Assembly (NCBI GenBank): GCA_017499595.2
Contig: CM039000.1
Coordinates: 2,976,001 to 3,040,000, forward strand
Direction: 5' to 3'
From: Psilocybe cubensis
Taxonomy: Eukaryota
Length of the DNA stretch: 64,000 nt
In this document: positions 14,134-29,324 of the stretch, piece by piece
Layout: each line of letters starts with the position of its first letter
Numbering within the stretch: the stretch's first letter is position 1
The notes under the pieces: model-generated
Seen by the model: the letters and a program-made list of their open reading frames with translations, nothing else
Databases searched by the model: none
Told to the model about the DNA's origin: nothing
Position numbers and translations under genes: made by a program

Positions 14134-14632
14134 TTACTTTCCCAATACAGTGTTCACTATCTTTGTAACGACACCCGGTTCTTCATCTTTATGACTAGTA
14201 TTTGCGGTTTTGGTCGTTGCATTCGCCCATCCATCGTCTGGCGCATGTTTAAATTTTGTCATGAATTTTTTCTTTGAAAAATTTATTCACCTTTATTGGA
14301 ATTTTCATTCAAAGGGTCGATGTTGGTTGTCTCGATGATGCCTGGTCGAGCTTCGACAACACCAGCTGCGTCTCTCAGATTTTGCTTTGCGTTCTTATGG
14401 CCTTCGAAATTGAGGCCTGCTCCAGCACCACGCGTGGCAGTGGTTGGGTCGTTTACCTAGCCAAACATGCGATAAGCGGGTGTCCTACATACAACTTGAC
14501 CATGTATATACATACAAAGTTGGACGCAGTAGGGTCAACGGCACCCGATGAGGGCGTCGGGTTGGCAATGCCAGGGTAGGTGTTAGCACCCATACCAGAT
14601 TGTTGGAGGATATTTTGATCGTTTAGAGCCAT
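14134..14632 (-). CDS. Small hydrophilic 128-aa uncharacterised protein (3 exons, absent from the ORF track)
   Basis: ATG 14632 with a TATA-like element ~40 bp upstream. Two GT-AG introns give an open frame MALNDQNILQQSG..ASNF|VNDPTT..PGIIETTNIDPLNENSNK|DDGWANA..VLGK*. Confidence 0.8.
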
Positions 14633-14711
14633 TGTGTATTATAGAGAGCATGTACATGTAAGTGCAGGGGTTATATAGATAATACAAGTTTTGACGTCAC
14701 TTGTGCAGTGG

Positions 14712-15475
14712 CTACCATGATACCTGATTGAAATATCTCTCCCGAGAAGCTTTGCTCAAAATATGGATAGCAAAGGACCCTGCGTCTATGAGGACCCACT
14801 CTGTTCCACGGGCATGTCGTGATTTTGGAGCGAGTGGGACGGGTGGCTCCCTGGTTAGAAGCTGAGAAACACCACACCAGTAAACACAAGCGCCTGTCTA
14901 ACCAAACACCTGACGTACCGTTTTCCGCACGAGTCTGACTACAGAATCAATAGCGCCTCTGTTCTCCGTTCCTTCTTTGACCTGTTATGGAGAAGGAATG
15001 AGCGGGGTCGAAGAACAAGAGGAAACAAGTGACAAACCTGTGCGATGACAACCCAATCCCAAATGCCTCCACCCATTGAATCAAATGCGGACTCTCCCGC
15101 ATATGTCCCTCCTCGTTTCCGACGGCCGTGGGGTGCGCGTAAAGGCAGAGGAGGACCAGGCGGGGGTAAAATAGCAGGTGACACGGTCAGCTGGGCCAAA
15201 TCCAGATGGGGGGACTTTGCAAGCTCGGAATGGAGGGACTTGAGAACATCAGGCGCGTCGTCTGGGACAGGCAGAAGGGCGCTTGCTCCGTGCTGAAGCT
15301 GGACATGGGGCGGTAGCGGCCGCTGGCCGTATCTCGGTGAGGGCTCTGGGGTAGGATCAACGAACCATGGGGTACCCGCTGCTTGGAATGAGCTCGACGT
15401 GGAGGCAAAGAGACGCGCTGGACGGCGAGTGGTGCTCAGCAGAAGCGAGCAAGTATACCTGAGGGAGGACTGCAT
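14712..15475 (-). CDS. Mitochondrial ribosome-silencing factor RsfS/Iojap-like (Atp25 N-domain-like)
   Basis: Arg/Ser-rich presequence MQSSLRYTCSLLLSTTRRPARLF. WDWVVIAQ and a spliced C-terminus EWVLIDAGSFAIHILSKASRERYF match the RsfS W-x-x-x-D-x-G-x-x-x-x-H..R-x-x-Y pattern. Confidence 0.75.
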
Positions 15476-15585
15476 AGAGTTGAAGACGATCAGGAAATGG
15501 ACTAATTGGGTATGATAGAGTCGGAGTTTGAAAAGAGCGATTAGCAAGTTATTATCTGGGCCGAAGCAGAGTGAAACCAGAAGCC

Positions 15586-16372
15586 ATGGGTGTCCGCGCT
15601 GCCATAGTCGTCTGTGTTACTAGTTTCCTGCTAGGCAAGTCCCGTTCTCTCCGTGTCTGGTATGCCTCTGATAGCTTGTGACAGGTGCACTGTTCACCCA
15701 CTGGATTGCAGACTCTCTGACGCTCTGGAAATCACCTGTGACAGACGCCCACCTGTGGACAGCTGCAAACTACTATGCCGTCCTTGCAAAGAGCTCTCCG
15801 GAGGCTCTCTACTTCCTGGCAGCCATAGTCGTCCTCGGCGCAACCACCCTGCTCTGGAGTCTCAAAGACCTCCGCGCCGGAAATATCATGTTCGACGGCG
15901 GCAGCATCTGTAAGCTCACCCGTGTCCACCAACAGACCAACCTCTGACCTGTCTTCCAGTCCTCTTCGGCACAACAGTCGTCATGTATCTCAACACTGTT
16001 CTTCCCAGTACGTGTCATTTCATGTCTTTTCAAATTCTCTGACGCGCCTTTATAGACATTTTCGCCATATTCGGCTCCCTCCCCGCACACACCCTCCGCG
16101 ACCCCATCCCCCGCGCCCTCCGCAACGCCACTCTCGACCTCGCCTCCAACCACCTCATCTGCAGCGTAGCCCTCACCGGCGTCCTCGCTCTCCAGGCAGG
16201 CAGGTTCTGGGCCGAGAGCACAGAAGACGACGAGGATGACTTTGTCATGATCGAGCAGCCTGCCCCGGCTGCCCCTCCCGCGGAGAGCAAGAAATCCCGC
16301 GCAAAGACTCCCGAACTCAGCATCCGCGACGACAAAGTAAAGCCGCTTCTCCAGCAGCGGGTCCAGGCCTGA
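15586..16372 (+). CDS. SHR3: Shr3-family ER membrane chaperone for amino-acid permeases
   Basis: MGVRAAIVVCVTSFLLG|ALFTHWIADSLTLW..MFDGGSI..LDLASNHLICSVALTGVLALQAGRFWAE; four hydrophobic segments. Confidence 0.8.
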
Positions 16373-16903
16373 GTCCCACCCTCTCACCCCAGCCATTCAT
16401 TTCGCCTACCCACGACTCCCTATCACTCTCACCGAAAAAGCTACGCACACCTCTAAAACGAATTGACGACTCGAATGACCGCTATGCCTTCAACTGGCAT
16501 CCAAAACACACCAACTCCAACTCCCCTAGGGCCTAATTTTCCATTTACCCCCCAACACCGGTATTTATTTGCTCGGGACGATTTCATGATATCGCTTTAC
16601 TCCTCTTTCCGCTCTCTAGTATCTACCCTCTTGCTTGAGCTATCATAGTCATTAATAGCGATCTTCTTGTTAATGCTTGCTCGCCCATTGATACCCTGTA
16701 AATGCTTCTCTGCTGCCCGTCTTGTGAGCTAACTGAGCTGTCCCAACAAACTTGCAAAATAAAAAAACAATACACTTCCGAGTCAACTTACAAAAAAAGC
16801 GCCCACAGATCGTTCGAACGAAAAGATATTAAATTGTGATAATCTGTAAAAATATTCTATGTGCTGATATAACTTTTACTTTATGAGTAGAGGTGGTGTG
16901 CGT

Positions 16904-19279
<2,376 letters not shown>

Positions 19280-19370
19280 CACTCAACAAGGTATGCAGCT
19301 TCAAAAGTTTCAAGCCGAAGCCCAAACATCGCCAAGTTCCCGTATTTGTCTCTGTTAGTTTTCCTCCGCA

Positions 19371-20848
19371 ATGACGTCCTTTCCTCTCCTCCCTCACTCT
19401 CCCGAATACAAGAAGGCACAGCGCCAGTACCTCAAAGCCACCAAGAATCGTCCAAAGAATATCGACCAGGAATGGACTCCCTTCAGAGCCGCAGAGAAGC
19501 GCTTCAAGGCCCGCTTTCCACCCCCTGATCTCTCTGGTGTCCTGGACCTCGCTTGCTTGGATCCTGCAAGAGATGCAGAGATAGAGCTAGGTCGTTGGAA
19601 GGGATCCCCTACAGCGGTCAAATCAGTCAAGATCTCCGAAGGAGCATACACCATTCCGCAGATTCCAGGTATGTCGCAGAATCGCATCCACCGGCTGGCT
19701 CTCATCGATTCAGGTCTCGTCGTTCTGCCCTCTTACCTCTCCAAGCAAAAGCAAAGAGATCTGGCTCGGTGGTCGCTTGCTCGTCACGCTCGTCAACCCA
19801 ACGATACGAATCTCGATGTTCACTACATTCTTCCTGAGGAAGGTCTGTGGAATGCGCATCTGAAAGCGATGGAGAACCCACAACACGAAATCGTCGTCCA
19901 ACCCAAAGCAACAGGAGCCGAACCTTCTCCATCGCTTCCGTCTGGACCTCGACAATTAGTCAACAATGATGCTGGCTCACCAGAAACCTTCGAAGCAATA
20001 TCCACCACCCCCAAACCGCCCCAGGATCCATCGCCAACTGTAAAGCCTGCCCCAGCTTCCTCCCTCATTTACAAATTACGGTGGGCGAACATTGGATGGT
20101 TTTATCACTGGGGGACAAAGCAATATGATTTTACGAAAGGGCCGGGTGTTATAGATGATGAACTGCGTTCTGTCTGTAATGATGCTGTTCGGTCTATTGA
20201 CTGGAAGAAGGTTCACGGTCATTCGAATCCAGCAGAATGGGGAGCCAGTGGTCCGGAATGGGAAACTTGGGAGCAGACTTATGGTATGCTGTCAAACATC
20301 TATATCATTGAACAATGCCTTAATCATTTGATAGAACCCGATGCTGGCATCGTCAACTTTTATCAAGAAAAGGTGTGACCAACCCAAATGTTTCCTTGAA
20401 TGTGACTTATATCAAGCAGGACACTCTAATGGCGCATGTCGATCGGTCTGAAATATGCGCTACATCACCCCTGGTGTCTATATCGTGCGTGTTGTCGCAA
20501 GTGGATTGTTCATCCCGATCTCATTTCTATGTTAGACTAGGGAACGTCGCCGTATTTTTGATTGGTGGGTTGACTAGGGACACAGAACCCATCCCCATCA
20601 TATTGCGTTCTGGAGATGTTGTCATCATGTCAGGACCTGCATGTCGACGAGCATACCACGGGGTTCCCCGAATCTTGGAAGGTTCTTTGCCCTCACATCT
20701 CAAAGTCGAGTCCTTGGAGGACGAAGAGCTGAAGAAGGAGTGGGAACCATACGAAGATTATCTGAGTACGACGAGGATTAATATCAACGTTCGTCAGGTA
20801 TTCCCGAAAGGCTTTGACCCTTATTCGAATTCGAAACTGAATGCGTAG
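19371..20848 (+). CDS. AlkB-family 2OG-Fe(II) dioxygenase, ALKBH1-like
   Basis: KLRWANIGWFYHW, PDAGIVNFY, HxD (AHVDRSE), YHGVPRI and RININVRQV. Confidence 0.92.
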
Positions 20849-21051
20849 ACAAAATGTACAACTATTTTTGTGTAAAATCTCATTAGAAGCATCACAGGCG
20901 CTTAAAGTCGCTTCGCTTAATCTAATCTAGTGTTTGGCAGTTTAGAGTAGGACAAATAAAATCAACTGTACAGTTTATGCAAAACTATCCCACGCTCTCA
21001 ATTTCTAGTGCTCACTACCACCGACGACCTAGCAAAGCCCTCCAAGTCAAA

Positions 21052-21494
21052 ATGGAAAACGACTCCGTGAGTACCTATAGCATTTCTCTAGGAAGATGCA
21101 CGCCTGAATATTAAATACAGGGTGTCCTCGTCGATCTCTACGTTCCCCGCAAGTGCTCGGCTACCAGTGCGTGAAAGAGGGTGTTAATTTATGGGCCAAT
21201 TAACTGAACACTGGATTCTGCGTATAGACCGATTGATCACTTCCAAGGATCACGCTTCCGTGCAAATTAGCATCGTCGATGTTGACGCCGATGGCAGGGC
21301 TTTGAACACCTCCACCACCTTCGCTCTGTGTGGACAGGTCCGATCTCAGGGAGAGAGCGATGATTCCATCAACAGACTGGCTACCAAGGCTGGACGTGAG
21401 TTCTTCATTTACGCTCTACAAAGCATATTATGTTTGCTAATGGATATGATGCTGCTGGGTAGTGCTCCGCAATGTGTGGTCATACCAAAAGTAA
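21052..21494 (+). CDS. RPS21: 40S ribosomal protein S21 (eS21)
   Basis: [59 protein letters not shown]. Confidence 0.97.
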
Positions 21495-21787
21495 TTGTTA
21501 GATATTGGGCAGCCGTCATGTATCCTTTACTCCTCCATTGATCTTTTTTTTCGTGCCACGCTCTATCTTGTGTGATCTGTGAATATTCTCCATTTTCCAT
21601 CTTATGAGTTGCGCCGTATCGTTTCTCTCAGAATACATGTTTCTCTGGCTTTCCGTGCTCATGAACTTCGTGAAATAAGTTGCCCGCCAAGCGGGGATGC
21701 GCACGTGACATGACGAGGGCTGGGGGGGCGCAGTGATATCGCAGTCGAATTAGGAGAGAGGACCACACTTGGAAGCGCAGTCCATCC

Positions 21788-24700
21788 ATGGTTGCGACTC
21801 ACCGCCCAACCTCCGTAGACAGTATAATATCTACATCATCTGTCAGTTGCTCAGATCCCCTCGCCCTAATCTTGTAATCTTTGCTGATAACGCAGATACA
21901 GTCAGAATCCATGGTTGAAATCAAGCGCGAAGATGCACCGGCTTCAGGTTCAAAAGGCACAAAGCATCCTCAGGCGGACGATGATGACAAGTATAGGCTG
22001 ATATACAGCAAATCGAAGGTCTACGTGAATCCGACTGCGTATGCCAGGGATAACATACCGGGATTTGTAGCCCTTGTTAAACGAGTTCGTTGACTGTGCT
22101 ATTCCAGTGCCTCTATGTGCTTGCTAATACTAATACAGGAAGCCATTAATCCTATCTACCTTTTGGCTTGGATTCCAGAAAGTCTGCTTAACGAGAGGGG
22201 TACATCGGAATGGGATAAATTCGTAAAAGTGGAGGAGCAGCCAACCTCTGCGGAGGAAGATGAAGGTACGTGCTAGGGCCTGTTGTGTTGGATTCATGGT
22301 TGACTCATACGTATTCATTGACTTTAGACATAGTGCTTATTGAGCTTCCTGGCCAGCGACCAGAGTCTTATGCTTTCTCTGTGCCTATAACGTCAATATA
22401 TTCATTAATAGTAAACCCACCTTCGCTATCATCATGGTGTGCGTTTCTTTTGTTAAACTCGTGGTGTAAGGGTATCTATTCATCCTGCTTTTCGTATTCT
22501 AGATGGGTCCATTGGTATTAATCTCATCAACGGGGACACACTCCCCACACTACATTTCCACGATGATGAATCCCACTCGTTTACCATGCAGAGTCCAAAG
22601 TCCGCTCAGGGTAGCAGCAGTGCAAACGTGACGCCGTATCCGCCACCGCCGACACAAGGCAGCTCACACGCACAAAAATCTATCTCCTGGGGTGGAGAGG
22701 ACCTTTTATCTCGCCTGCGGAACTACGCTCACCTCCTCCGCTCGACCCTGCAGCCGACCTTGTTCCTCGTAGATCCGTCGCGAGCTGATATCGAGACGCA
22801 CACGACTCAGATATTCTCAGACGATGCGGTTGACGATATTCTCGGCCAGTCTTCCTTTGCGAACTCCCATTCACCCATCCCGGCCCATCGCCGTCCGCGT
22901 CCCATCTCAGAATCCGGCTCTGGCTCCTCTTCGTCGGGAAACCCGTATTCGCATCGTACGTCTGTGCTACACCGCTCCCTTGGCTCACCCAATGTGTCGC
23001 CCACCAACCCATCTTCGCAAGCGCGCATGGCGCTGATGCAGTCTTTCTCCAACATCACCCGCGCGACGCGTCACGCTGCGCAGAACATCCTCTCGCACCC
23101 GCTTGCGAAGCCGATCGTGCCGCATCTCCCGGATCCGGTGCGCAGTCTCGTAAACGCGAACGGCGAGTGGGAGTGGGGCAGCTGGGTGGAGAAGGGTGGT
23201 GTGGGCGAGTTTGAGTCCGCGCGTGTTTATTTAGCCAGGTGGGCACGGATCGTCGCGGAGGAGGGCGAAAGGGCGAGGCGGAAAGAGGCGCAAGCGCTCC
23301 CGCGGTCGGCTGCTGGTGTAGTGGAGGAGGATTCATCCTTGGGTATATTTGAGCTGTTGCATTCGACGGCAAATCTACCTACGCCCAAGAGCTCGAGAGA
23401 TCCGGCGCACCCTGTTGACGAGCGCTTGTGGGCGGGCTGGTTTGGTAAGAATGGTAGGCCGAATATCTCTAACGAGGAAATGAGACGGGAGGTATTCCGC
23501 AGGGGTATCAATCCAAAAGGTACATTGAGACAGCGGATATGGCCGTTTGTACTTGGTGTCTACAAGTGGGATGCCACGACTGAAGAACGAGAGAGGCTGT
23601 GGCAAGAAAAAAGGTTTTTTCTTTCCCTTATCTCTTATGTCATTGTCGTAACTTTTCTGCGTTACAGAAATCAGTATCAAGCTGTAAAAGATGAATGGTG
23701 TGGTGTGCCAGAAGTGTTTGACAGTACAAAAGTATTGGAAGTACGTCTAAAGCTCCAACATATAACGTTAATTCTTTAATAATTAACTAACACGTTTCTG
23801 AAGGAACGGCATCGAATTGACGTCGACTGTCGTCGTACTGACCGAAATCAGCCGATGTTCTCTGCGCCTGCTGAAATACCCACAACGGACCTTGACGATT
23901 CCGACGAAAAAACTCACCAAAGACATTACTCTATTATTTCCCCAAACATGCATGACATCGGAGCACAATCTCCGAGCAATGAACACGTTGATCGTATGGC
24001 GGGGATCCTCCTCACGTACAATTTCTACGAGAAGGATTTGGGTATGTCCTATCGCCCCGTGAGTATATTGTTTTCTTTAATTAATCCTTGGTTTTTGTGT
24101 CCCCACGCCAGGCTACGTCCAGGGAATGTCCGATCTTTGCGCGCCCTTGTACATCGTCATGGGTGGCAACGAGGAGTTGACTTTTTGGTGTTTTGTTGAA
24201 GTTATGAATCGGATGGTAAGTTCAAACAATGGGGTGCATCACATTGCTGATGAAAGTAACTTATGTTTCTCCAATTGTTATGCAGAAACAGAATTTCCTC
24301 AGAGATCAAAGCGGCATGAAGAAACAGCTGTCGACATTGCAGCAATTAATAGAAGTCATGGATCCAGAATTATTCAGGCATCTAGGTTCGCCAATTCTCA
24401 TTACATCCAGCGCCCAAACTAGTTTGGTCTAAATTCTTCGTTGGTTTGTAGAAAAAACGGACTCTTTAAATTTGTTTTTCTGCTTCCGGTATGTATTTGA
24501 TCAACATTCCGTGTGCGAAAGACTTTTTCTATATTGATATTGTATATTTTAATTCTAGATGGGTTTTGATATCTTTCAAACGAGAATTCCCATTCGATGA
24601 TGTTCTTCGTTTGTGGGAAGTGCTGTGGACAGATTATTATTCCTCGGGGTTTGTCCTGTTTGTCGCTTTAGCGGTGCTTGAGTCACACCGAGATATGATT

Positions 24701-25120
24701 CTTCGATATCTCGTGGAGGTGCGTACATAAGTTCATCATTTCTTGTTATCTGATACTCATGTTATCTGATACTCATGTTGTCGCAGTTTGATGAGATTTT
24801 GAAAGTGTGTAGCACACATCTGCCCCTTCATTCCACAACCGTTGACTGCTTTTTGTTTTTAGTATTGCAACGAACTCAGCATGACAATCGAGCTTGACAG
24901 CACCCTAAGTCAGGCGGAGGTGCTCTTCCTCTCCTTTTCTCAGATCGTTGCCGATATAGACAGACGAAAGGCCGAACAACCAAGAGAGAACACCGGTGTC
25001 CTGCGCAACCGGGTATCGACGTCGACCAGCGCTGCATCAGCGAAGCTAGCTGCAACCAACCTATCGGCTCTACACCTTTCAGACGATCTCCGGGATTTGC
25101 TCAAGACAAGTCGCGATTAG
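21788..25120 (+). CDS. GYP7: Rab GTPase-activating protein Gyp7 (TBC domain)
   Basis: LIYSKSKVYVNPT, IDVDCRRTDR (Arg finger), GYVQGMSDL (Gln finger), FCFRWVLISFKREF. Confidence 0.93.
24744..24775. repeat. Perfect 16-bp tandem duplication inside a GYP7 intron
   Basis: TGTTATCTGATACTCA repeated twice. Confidence 0.9.
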
Positions 25121-25478
25121 ATTTGTTTCATGTAAAATAGGGAAGTATCTGTAATTGTAGTAAAGGATCTGTATTTTAAATCTCGTTTCTAACACACGGC
25201 GCAACAATTGAAATCCACCACCATCGCTACACTTGTACTGTAAAAAATATCATCTTTTCATTCTATTTTGTTTTGGTATTAGCATAGTTCTTTGACAATT
25301 TCTTGTTTTCTTTTGTCAATATACGTAGTTTGTGATTCATTAGGGACATCGTAATATTACATCATTTAACGCGTCGGAACGGGGTCAAAGCTTAAACACG
25401 AGGCTCAAGCGCCAGTGCGGCGTTGAAAAAGCGTCTTCTTTCATTAAAAACTTTGCACCTCTTTGCACACAGTCCATC

Positions 25479-26467
25479 ATGGAATATTTAACCGTACTCA
25501 GAAACTATGCGACAGCTGCTCCTGAGAGCCTCTCTTCTTCGCTGCTGTACAAGCATTCGCCCAAGAATATCATCATATTCGACGCGTTTCCGAAATCAGT
25601 TTTTCATTTCCTCATTCTGCCACGCGTGCAAGAGCCCAAACTAAACACGGCTACGCTCCATAGTCTACGCACGCTACTGGGTGCAGGGGACCGCGAACAG
25701 GCAAAGGAAGTCGTCACTGCAATGGCAGAAGAGGCAAAGGCACTGAAGGAGGAAATACAGGAGGAAATGATGCAGCGGTTTGGGTTCAAATGGGACGTGT
25801 GGACTGGGTTCCACGGTGCGCCGTCGATGCAGTACGTCATTGATGCTAGATATTTCAAAGTTTTCATTCATACAAATGGTTCGTATTATTTTCTTTTTTT
25901 TGCTTTCATAGTCATATGCATCTGCACGTCATCTCGGCGGATCTGATATCTGAGAAGATGAAGCACAAGAAGCACTACAACTCGTTCCACCCCAAACTGG
26001 GTTTCTTTTTGCACATCGACGACGTGCTTTCTTGGTTCGACGCGGTGCCCAGCTTCTATTCTAACCTAGTAAGTCTGAACAGACGCGCTTTTTACGCGTT
26101 AAACGCGCCTTTGCGCCTTTTATCGTGAGTAGCACCGATTCTAATCATATTCATACCCCGTTAGATCAAAGACTTCAAACCAAGCAAGTATGAACCCATT
26201 CTGAAAGAAAGTTTGCGCTGTTTTCACTGCAACGAGGAAATGAAAAATATGCCAACTCTCAAGGCACATTTACAAGAAGAGTGGAACAAGCTTGAACGCA
26301 GAGGAAAAGAAATAGCGAAAAGGAAACGAAAACACGAGCAAACACGAGCATCCTCGGCATCTAAAAAGGATGTAGATGAAAAACGCTCAGACCAGGAAGA
26401 GTCAAGCTCAAAGAAACTGAAACCGTCACCGAGCCCACCAAGTGACGCGCCCAGTCCAGAAAAGTGA
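25479..26467 (+). CDS. HNT3: Aprataxin (HIT domain plus C2HE zinc finger)
   Basis: DAFPKSVFHFLILPR, GFHGAPSM, HMHLHVIS histidine triad, KHKKHYNSF, CFHC..HLQEE. Confidence 0.93.
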
Positions 26468-26637
26468 TATGATGTAATATTGTTACATGAACGTTACAAA
26501 TGTTGTTCCAGATACTACAAAGTTCTAGTAGAGCGTTCCTCCTATTTTTTCTTGTTTCCTTTCATGTTATCTAATCACTTCATGTCCGTAACAAAAGTCT
26601 TTTTGATCACATTTCCAGCGGATTCCATCGGAAGCAT

Positions 26638-28393
26638 TCATTGGGCAGCAGCGGCAGCTCTAAGTGCGGCAGCAGATTTTTCGGCCGCCTTGCGGATAGC
26701 CCAGGTTAATTCATATGTTCGAACAGCATCTGGAGTTACACGGGTCAACGCTGCTTAAGTAATGACATCATATTGTTTACCTTCGTAAGAGCTAAGGATT
26801 TGAGGAGAGTCCAAATCTTCCTCAATGTCCTCCACAGTGTCGATGAAATTGGAGATTTCGGAGAAGAAAGGATCGTCATCAGCGAAGCGCATAACCGTCT
26901 CGTTGTCATCACCTGGCTTGCGGATGTAGAGCACAGGTGCAACGTAGGGATTCACAAGTCTTATCTAAAGTCAATCGCAGGTTGTGAATGAACATGAAGT
27001 TACTCACTTGAGAGAGTATCCATCAGCGTAAACTTCGAACTCGCAACTGTAATTGTGTCCTTGAAGGGCAACAAGGTGTGTAAAGCTTCCCACACCTCCA
27101 TTGTCATATTTCCTATGAAAAGAATCAACGAACAGCTTCTAGACTAGACGATACTGCTTACCAAGTTGCAGCAGTTACTCGTGGAATTCTTCTCTCCGGT
27201 GGTATCTGACTCTCGTCAATTGCTTGTTTTGAAAGCTTACCGGCCGGTTCGTCCCATTCCAGAGCATGTCCTTGGACGGAATCGATTTGAACTTCTCCTC
27301 CGAAATAGCGAGAAAGATCACAAAAATGAGTTCCCTGCTCGATAATTGGGCCGAAGCTGGAAGACAGGGGTTAGCCATCTATAATAAGTGTGTTAATTAG
27401 GAGTCAGTAGAAACCTTTTAGCTTTGTCCCACCAATCCAACTTTGCAATGGATTCGTAGGCACAGGCATATCGCGCGATAGTGCTCATAACCGTGAGCTG
27501 ATTCTCGTCGATAATCTTCTTCATCATTTGGACAGCTCTCAGATAACGGAGCATGTATCTAGCAAGCCATCAAATGAGCGTCCTTCTATCTCTTACGTTT
27601 GGGAACCGCGTTTGACTGGTTACATACCCAACTGAGCACACCGTCTTCGCGTCGGAAATCCTTTTGCCCACTTCGTATGCCTCATTAATTTCAATTTCCT
27701 CACCAGTGGCAATGGGCTTTTCAACGAAAATAGCAATGCCAGGGATATGCTTGAGAATCTGAAGCTCAATGTCGCGTCCTGGCTGGGTAGACCCACGGAA
27801 CATTGGTGGGCTGCCAATGATAACGGCACGTGGCCGATCATGAGAAGACATATTTTTGACGAACTCTTCGAAGGTCTTGAACACTCGGGTGTCTTTGTAC
27901 GCAGACACGACGAAAGATTCGCATTTCTGTTGAAGAACGGAGGTTGCACGTTCGACAGACGGGTCGACTATTGCCACGACTTTGAGACGAGGGCCCAATT
28001 TACTGTCCATTGCATTTAAAGAATAATTAGAGTGAGACTTTGTTTGAGCTCACTGTTCCAGACGGAAGGAATGGTTCCAAGGTCCTTCGTCAGATCCTAT
28101 ATATAAGTAATATTATTGTGGACTGTCGGACGACAAAGTGGCGAAGAGTACGGACCGAACATGATGTTTCCAGCACCAATGAACACAACATTGAAGTCGT
28201 CAGACCCAGGGACGGCCGATGTCCTGTAGAGTGGTCAACACTTGCTATGCGCACAACGTTGAGGGTACATCACATACTTATCCATAGAAACAAGTTTGGA
28301 TGGATCGATAGATGGGCGACGAGATGCCACGCCAGATGGACGACGAGATGCAGACCCGGATGGGCGACGATAGGAAGGGCGTCTGTCCGCCAT
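26638..28393 (-). CDS. Gfo/Idh/MocA-family NAD(P)-dependent oxidoreductase
   Basis: Spliced VVFIGAGNIMFGSDEGPWNHSFRLE, IFVEKPIA, SVGYMLRYL; ATG at 28393. Confidence 0.85.
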
Positions 28394-28690
28394 TTTACGC
28401 ACTATTTAGTTGTACAGGAAAGGAATTGATCGAGGGAGGAATGGAGAGCTATGTCGCGTTGTATGGGACGGCGGGGGACAGTGGGGGGCGAAATAAGAGG
28501 CATAGACAGGAAAAGCGAGGATTATAAGCGTTGGAGCTGGAGAAGAATAAATGGATCACATGTCTTGGTGCAAACGATGATGCAGGTCACTTTCAAGCCT
28601 GCAACTTTTGAAACTTGGGATTCCGAAGGTAAAAGGCAAATAGATCACGTGCATAGATATAGTAGAGGGTGTTACATGTGCAGTTTGAGT

Positions 28691-29149
28691 TTACGTCGAC
28701 CGCTCTTCCAGCGATATCAATTCTTTTTTGCGTCGCTCAGCGGCCTCCAGACGGTCAGTCATCGCCTTGAGCTCCGCCTTGAGCTTCTCGTTCTCCTCTG
28801 CAAGCTTCAGCACATTCGACTGGCGCTTCTGCACTTTTTCCACTCTGGGTAACGTCCAATAAACCCATCAGTCAATCGTCGACACACGTGAGACTCGACT
28901 CACTTTGCAGCAGTCTCCGGATCGATGAGCGTTGAAAAGTCAAAGCTCAAGTTCGTCGACGGTATCTCGGGCAGGTCCATGAATACTGGCTTTTCATCCC
29001 TGATTGGCGACTCAGGGACATCTCTGAAGTGTCATGGTGATCAGACTCTCCTGCTACCAAACCCCAAGGACGACTGAATGCACAGACCCAGTCTGATTCT
29101 GCTGCTCCGCCGGGATGCTATTCTCTTCTAATTGCCGGGGTGAGCTCAT
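28691..29149 (-). CDS. Small uncharacterised coiled-coil protein (3 exons)
   Basis: MSSPRQLEENS..; last exon VEKVQKRQSNVLKLAEENEKLKAELKAMTDRLEAAERRKKEL..RST* with heptad pattern; GT-AG introns. Confidence 0.7.
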
Positions 29150-29324
29150 GGTGTGGTGGGTGTGGTGGAACGGTCGAGAGATGGTTCGTCGTTGCGCCAA
29201 GGTTTAGCGTTAATAGTAGACCCCTGTCTTACATAAGGTATCTAACAACGCAACAGCTGAACACATCAAGTTCACTTTTTCCCACCTCCTTTGTTGAACA
29301 TCACCCTCATGTATCTATGACCTT

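Noticed and set aside
14310-14600. Several apparent hairpins suggesting a structured ncRNA (SRP, RNase P or MRP)
   Set aside because: No conserved ncRNA motifs, and the minus strand is fully explained by a spliced protein-coding gene.
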